Assembly: GCF_000009705.1 (NCBI RefSeq)
Contig: NC_003272.1
Coordinates: 480,001 to 512,000 of the forward strand
Origin: Nostoc sp. PCC 7120 = FACHB-418
Lineage (GTDB): Bacteria; Cyanobacteriota; Cyanobacteriia; Cyanobacteriales; Nostocaceae
DNA length: 32,000 nt
Direction of reading: 5' to 3'
Part shown: positions 24,482 through 32,000 of the stretch, in pieces
Layout: every line of letters begins with the position of its first letter
How positions within the stretch are numbered: the first letter of the stretch is position 1
Made by a program: the position numbers and the translations under genes
The notes under the pieces: model-generated
The model's input: the letters and a program-made list of their open reading frames with translations, nothing else
Told to the model about the DNA's origin: nothing
Databases searched by the model: none

Positions 24482-26413
24482 TTGGAGTTACAGCAAGTAA
24501 TGAATATACAGTCAGAATTGGAGTTTAAATTTGCCCATTACCTGATCAACAATGCCGTAGAAGCATCCTTTTGTTTGGGAGACAACTGGCAATTTCTCTA
24601 CGTCAATGATGCAACTTGTCGTATGACTGAGTATTCTCGTGAACAGTTGTTATCGATGAATTTGCAAGATATAGATGTAGATTTTGCGTTACATGATTGG
24701 GAGGAAATCAGACAAAAGAATAACTACACATTTAAAACTAGATATCGTTCTCAGAGTGGAAGAATATTTTTAGTAGAAATGTCTTTAACATTTTTAGAAG
24801 ACCAAGAGAGGCGATTTAGCTGTGTTTTTGTGCGAGAGAAAAGTAATGAGATCGTAGAATTAAGTGTACAAAAGTGGATTAATGAATTAAGAGATGCCAA
24901 TAATAAATTGCAGCAAGAAGTTTCTGAACTCAAGAAAAAGGAGGTTAATCTAGAAAGTTCCCTATCTTTACTTAGCTCAACTCTCGAATCTACTGCTATC
25001 GGCATTGTGGCGATTAATTTTGAAGGCGATATTCTCAATTATAATCAAAAGTTTGCTGAGATGTGGAAGCTCCCACAGCAACTAATATTGTCTAAAAAAT
25101 GCCCTCGCTGTAAAGCTTTTTTTGAGGGTCAAATGAAAGACCCTGAAACATTTAATAGACTAATTTGGGCAGTTTCTAGTACATCCAATATTGAGAGTTA
25201 TGATGTTTTGGAATTGAAAGATGGTAGGGTTTTTGCTCACTATTCGCAACCGCAGTGGCTGGGACAAAAAATAATTGGTAGAGTCTGGAGTATTTGGGAC
25301 ATTACTGAATCTAAGCAAACAGAGGAAGCATTAAGACTAAATGAGGCTAGGTTTCGAGCTTTAGCGGAGACTAGCGACGCTAGCACTTTTCTGGTTCAAG
25401 ATACACAGTTTTGTTATGTTAATCCTGCTGTAGAGGTGCTTACAGGCTACACGAGAACCGAACTGCTCAATGGGTTCGATATTCGGCGGCTGATCAAATA
25501 TCGAAAAGGTAGACAGATACGTAATTCGGCTACAGCTACTAACTTTGAATATCAAGAAATCAGTATTTTAACCAAAAACGGTGCAGAGCGTTGGTTATCT
25601 TGTGCAGTCACAATACTTGATAGCACGATAGATTTTCAAGGTAAATCTGTAGAAATGATTACGGCTATTGATATTACCGATTATAAACAGGCAGAATCAG
25701 AGCTTACCCAGGCTTTAGAACAGGCAAAACATCTCGGTGAATTAAGAGCAAGTTTCCTTTCTATGGTGTGTCATCAATTCCGTAATCCGTTAAATATTGT
25801 CTCTTTTTCCAATAGCTTGCTTAAGCGATATCTTAATGCACAGACAGAAGAGACTATACAACCATTACTCGATCAAGTGCAATTATCTATTCAACAACTT
25901 AACCAGATGTTGGACGATATGTTGCTCTTTGCTAAAACAGAAGCAGCCAAACTTAAATTTGAGCCTAGTCGATTTGAAATAGTGGAGTTTTGCAACGATG
26001 TGATTTCACAAATGCAGATGGCACACTTTCCTAATTATATTAATTTTATTAGCCAGACTGAATATCTAACAGTTTGGATGGATAAAAATATATTAGATTC
26101 GATTCTCAAGAATTTGATTGATAATGCAATTAAGTATTCTCCCTTAGGGAGTATGGTAGAACTGAGGCTTTTAGGTAACAATGAAAAGATAATTTTTCAG
26201 GTCAAAGATGATGGAATTGGGATTTCAACATTAGACCAGAAACGACTTTTTGAACCGTTTTACCGAGGCAAGAATGTTGATAATATTCCTGGGACTGGAC
26301 TGGGGTTGTCGATTGTGAAAACCCTGGTAGATTTACATGGTGGTCAGGTTGCAGTAGAAAGTAAAGTTGGCGTAGGTACGACATTTACTGTAGTGCTGCC
26401 ACACAAGATATAG
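24482..26413 (+). CDS. Cytoplasmic multi-PAS sensor histidine kinase (scytonemin-associated two-component sensor)
   Basis: 643 aa with no TM segments. It has about three PAS-like modules separated by a coiled coil (NNKLQQEVSELKKKEVNLESS). The H-box is SMVCHQFRNPL (His about 431), the N-box NLIDNAIKYSP, G1 DDGIGI and G2 GTGLGLSIV. The TTG start at 24482 has AGGAG 7 nt upstream. ATG 24500 is the alternative. Confidence 0.9.
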   Translation: MELQQVMNIQSELEFKFAHYLINNAVEASFCLGDNWQFLYVNDATCRMTEYSREQLLSMNLQDIDVDFALHDWEEIRQKNNYTFKTRYRSQSGRIFLVEMSLTFLEDQERRFSCVFVREKSNEIVELSVQKWINELRDANNKLQQEVSELKKKEVNLESSLSLLSSTLESTAIGIVAINFEGDILNYNQKFAEMWKLPQQLILSKKCPRCKAFFEGQMKDPETFNRLIWAVSSTSNIESYDVLELKDGRVFAHYSQPQWLGQKIIGRVWSIWDITESKQTEEALRLNEARFRALAETSDASTFLVQDTQFCYVNPAVEVLTGYTRTELLNGFDIRRLIKYRKGRQIRNSATATNFEYQEISILTKNGAERWLSCAVTILDSTIDFQGKSVEMITAIDITDYKQAESELTQALEQAKHLGELRASFLSMVCHQFRNPLNIVSFSNSLLKRYLNAQTEETIQPLLDQVQLSIQQLNQMLDDMLLFAKTEAAKLKFEPSRFEIVEFCNDVISQMQMAHFPNYINFISQTEYLTVWMDKNILDSILKNLIDNAIKYSPLGSMVELRLLGNNEKIIFQVKDDGIGISTLDQKRLFEPFYRGKNVDNIPGTGLGLSIVKTLVDLHGGQVAVESKVGVGTTFTVVLPHKI

Positions 26414-26543
26414 AACCTCATTTGCTCCAAGTTATAAATGTTAAATTTCTGTAACTTAACGTTTATCAGTTGGAATAAATAGACTCTGCTGAATTCTGAA
26501 CGCAGAGATTGGTAAGAACCAAACTTATATTCACGGAAAAACA

Positions 26544-27374
26544 ATGCAGGAATCATTAAATACAATTCTGGTCATTGAAGATGATACAGTTACCCGCAAT
26601 CTCTACTTAAAGGGACTGAAAATTGAAGGGTTTAATGTCATAGGTGCTGAAAATGGTGTGGTGGGTGTTCAAAAGGCACAAGAACATCTGCCAGATATAA
26701 TTATTTGCGATATTATGATGCCTCAGATGGATGGTTATAGTGTTCTCACCATCCTACGCCAAGACTCTTTAACAGCAGGTATTCCCTTCATTTTTCTGAC
26801 TGCTAGCGATATGAGGGGAGATCTTCGTAAGGGTATGGAGTTGGGTGCTGATGATTATATTACCAAACCATCTACCCTAGACGAATTACTCAAAGCGATC
26901 GCCACCCGTTTACGCAAGCAAGCATCTGTGAAAAACTGGTGTAATAATCTCCTCCAGAAAACTGCAAAACCAGCCTCTACAGCTAGTGCTGTACAAAAAA
27001 CTCCTCCTGATTCTCAATCCATTTTTCCGGCTGTTCCTCAGTTAAAAGAGGTTTTCGACTTTATTGAAGCTTATTTTCACCAAGGGATTACTCTCTGTGA
27101 CGTAGCGGCTGCGGTGGGTTATTCCCCTGCTTATTTGACTAATCGCGTAGCCAAGCAGACAGGAGATACTATCAATAACTGGATTGTCAAACGTCGGATG
27201 GCGGAAGCTCGTCGTTTACTTCAAAATAGCGATGAGACTGTAGAGCAAATTTCTAGATTATTGGGATATCAACACGTTTGTCATTTCTCCCGTCAATTTC
27301 GTCAACATCACGGGTTACCTCCCCATGCTTGGCGATTATGTTCTAAAAATAAGGAAGAATTAGTAAAAGTTTAA
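26544..27374 (+). CDS. Response regulator with an AraC-type HTH output domain
   Basis: 276 aa. The REC domain has LVIEDD, the phospho-acceptor in IICDIMMPQMDG (Asp about 56) and FLTA. The C-terminal AraC/XylS HTH_18-like region has ITLCDVAAAVGYSPAYLTNRV...ISRLLGYQHVCHFSRQFRQHHGLPP. Confidence 0.9.
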   Translation: MQESLNTILVIEDDTVTRNLYLKGLKIEGFNVIGAENGVVGVQKAQEHLPDIIICDIMMPQMDGYSVLTILRQDSLTAGIPFIFLTASDMRGDLRKGMELGADDYITKPSTLDELLKAIATRLRKQASVKNWCNNLLQKTAKPASTASAVQKTPPDSQSIFPAVPQLKEVFDFIEAYFHQGITLCDVAAAVGYSPAYLTNRVAKQTGDTINNWIVKRRMAEARRLLQNSDETVEQISRLLGYQHVCHFSRQFRQHHGLPPHAWRLCSKNKEELVKV

Positions 27375-27833
27375 AGCCGCCACGATAGTACGACGTAAAA
27401 ATTTCATATAATGCCTATAGTGCTGTTAAATCAAGGCAAGTGCTAAATTATTCCATATGTTATGAATTACAGATTAGGGGAATAAATTTAAATTTGTTAA
27501 CTTACTTCTAAAGTAGAGTAAGAATTAAATTCATCCCCATCTGTTGATAGAGTAATTAACAAATTATTACCATTAGATTGGATTTGTTAACTTTTTTATA
27601 TTCAAGTTAACTCCTGAAGCATTTTCTGAGCAACTTTCATTGATGAAATTTGTAACAGCAGTATTTATGCACTTCCTAGTATAGCTGTCGCCAGTAGTTT
27701 TAGGACATTAATAGATGATACAACCTAGACACAACAAGACTTTTCACCCAGTCCCCAGCTATATGTGCTGAAAAATTGGTTTTTAACTGCTCAATGACAA
27801 CGAACTTTAGACTCACTAAAAGGAGTAATATTT
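27375..27833 (+). promoter_or_regulatory. 459-bp AT-rich upstream region of the SDR gene carrying repeated ATTTGTTAACTT boxes
   Basis: A perfect 12-mer at 27492-27503 and 27582-27593, exactly 90 bp apart. There is an inverted partial copy TTAACAAAT at 27556-27564 and another GTTAACT at 27606-27612. AGGAG lies 8 nt before ATG 27834. Confidence 0.5.
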
Positions 27834-28844
27834 ATGCAACTAAAACCAATCAATCAGCAGGTTGTTTCCGTCGTTGGGGCTGCTAGTGGGATTGGACGAG
27901 AAGCGGCTATTCGCTTTGCTCAACGTGGGGCTAAGGTTGTTGTTTCTGCCCGTAGCCAATCAGGGCTAGAGTCTTTGGTGAGAGAGATTACAGACTTTGG
28001 TGGTGAAGCAATTGCTGTAGTCGCTAACGTGGAAAAATTTGAGCAAGTTAAGGCGATCGCTGATAAAACTGTAGAGGTATATGGCAGACTTGATACTTGG
28101 GTACACGTTTCAGCTATTGGACTGTTTGCCAATTTCGATGATATTACACCAGAAGAATTTAAACACGTCATCGATGTCAACCTGATGGGGCAAGTATACG
28201 GTGCGATGGCTGCACTCCCCCATTTGAAGCGTGAGGGACGGGGTGCATTGATTCACATATCTTCAATGGAAGCTAGGCGATCTCTACCATACCAAAGTGC
28301 TTATTCCTCATCAAAACATGGGGTAGATGGGTTTATTGATGCTATGCGCCTGGAATTGATCCATGATAAATGGCCGATTAGCGTCACTAGTATTAAACCA
28401 GCCGTCATCAACACCCCTTTCTGGAATAATGGTTTAACAAAGTTAGGAGTCAAACCTTCAGGAACACCGCCATACTATGATCCCAGGTTAGTAGCTAACG
28501 CCATTCTCTATGCAGCCGAACATCCAACTCGTGATTTATTAGTTGGAGATGTAGCTAAGATACTGGATTTATTACATCGCATCTCGCCAGCGTTAACAGA
28601 TTCATTGTTACTCTTGGTTGGCTTCCAATCTCAACATATTTCTGGCGAACCCAAATCTGAAGCTGGGGCAAATAACTTTTACCAACCAGTCCCAGAACAC
28701 GACAGAGTAGATGGCGACTACAGCAACTTAGTCATCCCCAGCATTTCCGATTTTCTAGAACAGAATCCACCATTACAATGGGGTGCGATCGCTGCCGGTA
28801 CAGTATTAGCTTTACTCACAGCCCAAGCTCTTAAGCGCAATTGA
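27834..28844 (+). CDS. Short-chain dehydrogenase/reductase with a C-terminal membrane anchor
   Basis: 336 aa with the cofactor motif VVGAASGIGREAA, catalytic YSSSKHGVDGF (YxxxK) and a hydrophobic C-terminus LQWGAIAAGTVLALLTAQAL. Confidence 0.85.
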   Translation: MQLKPINQQVVSVVGAASGIGREAAIRFAQRGAKVVVSARSQSGLESLVREITDFGGEAIAVVANVEKFEQVKAIADKTVEVYGRLDTWVHVSAIGLFANFDDITPEEFKHVIDVNLMGQVYGAMAALPHLKREGRGALIHISSMEARRSLPYQSAYSSSKHGVDGFIDAMRLELIHDKWPISVTSIKPAVINTPFWNNGLTKLGVKPSGTPPYYDPRLVANAILYAAEHPTRDLLVGDVAKILDLLHRISPALTDSLLLLVGFQSQHISGEPKSEAGANNFYQPVPEHDRVDGDYSNLVIPSISDFLEQNPPLQWGAIAAGTVLALLTAQALKRN

Positions 28845-29021
28845 ATAGAAAAATCATTCTAGATTTTGGATGGAAATAGCCTTGATTTCTGTACTTACAT
28901 ATATCTTTAACAAGTCAATGATCAAGTTCTATCTTTAGATTTATGAATACTCAGTGAGCCACGTTTATTGTTGGTTACTAAGGTGAGCGATCGCCTAATT
29001 GCGTAAGTGAGGCTAACAATC

Positions 29022-29249
29022 ATGTCAAATCAAAGTTTTAGATATAGCTCTAATTTACTCACAGAATTGGATAATAAACTGGCTGAAGTCTTCAGTGGAG
29101 GACAACAAGGCCCCCTTGTGTTCTATGGCTGTCCTCAAGACAGATATGTAACCAACCACGATGGTAAGTATTGGTTCCGAGGTGCTAGAGGCTGTGATGT
29201 GTTTGGACGTAACGCAGTACCACAAATAGTTAGAGATAGGGCATCATAG
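29022..29249 (+). CDS. Small hypothetical protein (75 aa from ATG 29022; the track ORF starts at GTG 29007)
   Basis: ORF MSNQSFRYSSNLL...YGCPQDRYVTNHDGKYWFRGARGCDVFGRN with two Cys. It has its own strong terminator immediately downstream. I do not recognise the family. Confidence 0.45.
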   Translation: MSNQSFRYSSNLLTELDNKLAEVFSGGQQGPLVFYGCPQDRYVTNHDGKYWFRGARGCDVFGRNAVPQIVRDRAS

Positions 29250-29266
29250 CTGCAAAGTAGGTGACA

Positions 29267-29310
29267 AGTATCCACATTTGTTTTTGAATGTGGATACATA
29301 TATATTTTTG
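29267..29310 (+). terminator. Intrinsic terminator between convergent genes
   Basis: A perfect 11-bp stem GTATCCACATT / AATGTGGATAC (29267-29277 and 29286-29296) with an 8-nt loop. It is followed by ATATATATTTTTGTTTTATT on the plus strand. Confidence 0.8.
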
Positions 29311-29312
29311 TT

Positions 29313-32000
29313 TTATTGAGAAAGTAAACCTGCATTCAATGCTTTGGTGATGCGATCGCTAGAAAATTGCAAGTGGGCTAAGGTGTAAATATCCCCTTGT
29401 TTACCCCATTGTTTGAGTTGGGTGTCAATAGCGTTTTGCAGTTGGCGTAATTCATACCAAGCTAGTGTGCTGCCATCTTCGGGTATATCAAGATGATGTA
29501 AGACCATTTCCAGCAAAATATCTAGATATTCTCGTTGTAACGAACGGCGGATGCTAGAAATTGGCTTTGGTTCTGCTGTGCTGAAAACCTCCGTCCAAAT
29601 ACCTTGTTGCAAGGTGTCGAATAATTCTGGTATAGAAAGGGCTTGCTCAGAAGGGCTTTTAAGTTCTATATCTTGTAAACGATGCAGACGCTCACTATCT
29701 AAGAGCGATCGCAAAATAAAGCGTTGAAAATTCAAAACACGTTCGTGAATGGGATAGTCAAGGCGGTTGTTGGGTACAGAACTGCCCCAATGTTGCCAAC
29801 GGGACGGAGCTAACTGATTAAGTAATTTTGGTGAAAAACTAAAAGCATCTTCAGCAAATACATACTCTTGTAATTCTGCTAAAGCTTGACGTTGTTTGCT
29901 TAGGGGAACTGGCACAAATGCCCAGGAACTATCATCACTAACGTGAGTCCGGCGAAAAGATTGCCCACCAATATATTTAGAAAGTAAAGCAGCGTTACGA
30001 AAATAATATTTCAATACTTTATTAAATAAAACACGCAAATGACTATAGCTTTCTCCTTTGGGTAGATAATGCTCGTCCAGGCGTTGCCACATGGCGCGGG
30101 CGTTATCCATTTGCCATTGCGAATAAACCAGCACATCACTACTCATATCCCAGACATTTGCCAAAGGATTGATATCCCAAATATCCTCATCTGTAGCGTA
30201 AGATAATTCTGGTTGCGGCGATGCTAAGGCAATTTGCTGTAAAAAACTCCTTTCTACTTCCGGGGTAACTACCTCATCTACTCTATGAGGGCTGTATCTA
30301 TAACCGTACTCAATCGCCCATTCATCATAGGGGCCAATCACTCCGGGAAAATAATCCCCTTGTTCTACCCCCTGGGGTGCAATGTTCACAGGTAGATAGT
30401 CCATCACCGAACCCACTAAACCTTTGGCGCGAGTGATTTCTCTATTATTTAATTCTTGGGGCGCTAACATAGTACTACCGTGAAAGTTGTGGCGCAAACC
30501 CAGAGTATGACCGACTTCATGAGCCACAAGATAGCGCAAATATTGATGCACATATTCCTGCATCGCTTCATTACTAGGTTGAGTATTTTGCAAAAGTGAT
30601 AACGCCAAAGCCCCCATAGCGGCTTGCTCAGAAGTATTTTGGCTATAGCAAAGTTCGGAGGAATGGAGGGGTGTGGGGGTGTAGGGGTGTGGGGGTGTGG
30701 GGGAAGAATATTGGTTAATATCCTCCTGCTCCCTGCTCCCTGCCCCCCTGCCCCCTGCCCCCCTGCTTCCTACCTCTCTGCACATATCCCCCAAAGACAA
30801 ACCATCATTCATCAACGCTCGGTACTCATGCTGAACTGACAGCACCATATTGGCATCGATGATGATATCTGCATCCAAAATTTCTCCCGTGAGGGGGTTG
30901 ACACGGACTGGTCCTTTGGCAAAACCTGCATCTAGAGAATTGAACCAGCGAATAGTATTGTAGCGGACATCGGCTGGTTGCCAGTCGGCATCATCTGGCA
31001 TTTGTCGCACTTCAATAGCGTTGGCAAATCCGGCTTTAGCAAATGCTTTATTCCACATCAGTACACCTTCCCGAATCGCTTGGCGGTACTGCTGGGGTAC
31101 AGCATTTTCAATCCAAAACACTATCGGTTGTTTGGGTACAGATGAAGGTGCATTCGGGTCAGATGGTTCTAGATGCCACCGATTGATATAACGTACAAAG
31201 GATTCTTGCGTGTTGTGATTCGAGAAGTCCTGAAAAGCTGTAATGAAATATCCAACTCGGTCATCTGCTAGCCGGGGAATATAGCCATTGTTTTCTTGAA
31301 GTTGGGAAAAACTGTAGTGTACCTTGAGGGTAAGCGCTCGGCTATCGGGTAAGGTAACTAAATTTGCTCCTTCTGGTGAGAAAAAACCATAAACTGCATC
31401 AATTTCTAGATTTTCTGGCAAGCTGTTGACATTACCAAAATAGGATTTACTTGCTTCTAGGCGATAGTCTGCCTGCAAAGAGTATTTCAATAGAGGTGTT
31501 AAGCCGGGAAAGTCCTGCATCAGCAGGTCGTCTAAGTTTATGAGAATATTTTTACTACGTGAATCAATGCTATTAATGGGTAGTGAGTAAAGAACTGAAT
31601 CGCTAAATGAACGAGCAAGCGATCGCTCTTCTGGTTGACTTGCTTCTGTACGGAATTTAACATTACGCACGACAAAGTGCAAATTATTATTGACTCGCTG
31701 AAAATAGAACAGATAATCAGCCAGGGGTGAACCGCTATAAATACCGCTTTCCCCCACACCCGACTCTAATGTCACCGTAGCTAAGTAATTTTTATTTAAT
31801 TGTTCTGGCTTAATTTCTAAAAAAACATCACCAAAATTTTCCCGACTATAAAGAGTAAATAGCCCTTGTAGTTTCTTTGTTCCTTTAACCAACTCACGAA
31901 ATCGCCAAAAATCTTCCTGTGGTTTCTCCCCACGATTATTTTCGGCAACAGCTAAGTTTTCCATTACCGGGTATGTGTTGAATTGCTCTATATCAAGGCG
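29313..32000 (-). CDS. Large zinc-dependent Met-zincin metalloprotease; the N-terminus probably lies beyond the right edge
   Basis: At least 883 aa with the zincin motif VAHEVGHTLGLRHNFHGS (HExxHxxGxxH). The reading frame stays open from Met 31964 to base 32000, and no signal peptide is seen, so the true start is likely outside the window. Confidence 0.85.
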   Translation of the reverse strand, partial: RLDIEQFNTYPVMENLAVAENNRGEKPQEDFWRFRELVKGTKKLQGLFTLYSRENFGDVFLEIKPEQLNKNYLATVTLESGVGESGIYSGSPLADYLFYFQRVNNNLHFVVRNVKFRTEASQPEERSLARSFSDSVLYSLPINSIDSRSKNILINLDDLLMQDFPGLTPLLKYSLQADYRLEASKSYFGNVNSLPENLEIDAVYGFFSPEGANLVTLPDSRALTLKVHYSFSQLQENNGYIPRLADDRVGYFITAFQDFSNHNTQESFVRYINRWHLEPSDPNAPSSVPKQPIVFWIENAVPQQYRQAIREGVLMWNKAFAKAGFANAIEVRQMPDDADWQPADVRYNTIRWFNSLDAGFAKGPVRVNPLTGEILDADIIIDANMVLSVQHEYRALMNDGLSLGDMCREVGSRGAGGRGAGSREQEDINQYSSPTPPHPYTPTPLHSSELCYSQNTSEQAAMGALALSLLQNTQPSNEAMQEYVHQYLRYLVAHEVGHTLGLRHNFHGSTMLAPQELNNREITRAKGLVGSVMDYLPVNIAPQGVEQGDYFPGVIGPYDEWAIEYGYRYSPHRVDEVVTPEVERSFLQQIALASPQPELSYATDEDIWDINPLANVWDMSSDVLVYSQWQMDNARAMWQRLDEHYLPKGESYSHLRVLFNKVLKYYFRNAALLSKYIGGQSFRRTHVSDDSSWAFVPVPLSKQRQALAELQEYVFAEDAFSFSPKLLNQLAPSRWQHWGSSVPNNRLDYPIHERVLNFQRFILRSLLDSERLHRLQDIELKSPSEQALSIPELFDTLQQGIWTEVFSTAEPKPISSIRRSLQREYLDILLEMVLHHLDIPEDGSTLAWYELRQLQNAIDTQLKQWGKQGDIYTLAHLQFSSDRITKALNAGLLSQ
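30668..30769. repeat. Composite in-frame repeat module inside the metalloprotease
   Basis: GGGGTGTR x4.5 (30668-30703), then a spacer with a small ATATT-GGTT-AATAT hairpin, then CTGCYCC x~6 (30726-30769), all read directly. It translates on the minus strand to GSRGAGGRGAGSREQEDINQYSSPTPPHPYTPTPLHS, upstream of the HExxH domain in the protein. Confidence 0.85.

Noticed and set aside
1-32000. Mobile elements, integrases, phage genes, toxin-antitoxin pairs or defence systems
   Set aside because: No ORF in any frame shows transposase DDE, integrase, nuclease-helicase or Cas-like motifs. The only mobile-looking DNA is the set of sub-100-bp repeat elements listed above.

Overview
This is a cyanobacterial chromosomal window. 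The HIP1 octamer GCGATCGC occurs at least 18 times by eye, and 7-8 nt STRR-type tandem repeats are common, so it is most likely a heterocystous Nostocales genome. One ~23.5-kb minus-strand supercluster for the UV sunscreen scytonemin dominates it. The order is scyA-scyB-scyC-scyD-scyE-scyF (23461 down to 15093), then the ebo cluster with tyrA inserted, eboA-eboB-eboC-[tyrA]-eboD-eboE-eboF (15022 down to 7182). A dedicated aromatic-precursor block follows: trpE(G)-trpC-[MDR quinone oxidoreductase]-trpA-trpB-trpD (6823 down to 1, with trpD cut by the window edge). Across a 1,020-bp AT-rich region, a multi-PAS histidine kinase and a REC-AraC response regulator are transcribed divergently on the plus strand. 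This is the arrangement of the known scytonemin two-component regulator. Downstream lie a membrane-anchored short-chain dehydrogenase, a small Cys-containing ORF with a clean terminator, and a convergent large Met-zincin metalloprotease that runs off the right edge. I found no rRNA, tRNA, CRISPR array, transposase or phage genes. The system is a described one (scytonemin plus ebo). The points worth a second look are: the ebo genes fused into the scy operon and split by tyrA; a quinone oxidoreductase sitting inside the trp block; PEP-CTERM sorting tails on all three secreted Scy proteins; long structured spacers (scyA-scyB and the divergent control region); a GTTAA-type motif shared by two promoter regions; and G-rich 7-8 nt tandem repeats that build gene junctions and protein tails and sit in frame inside the metalloprotease. 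All orthology statements rest on motif reading and remembered gene order, not on database searches.
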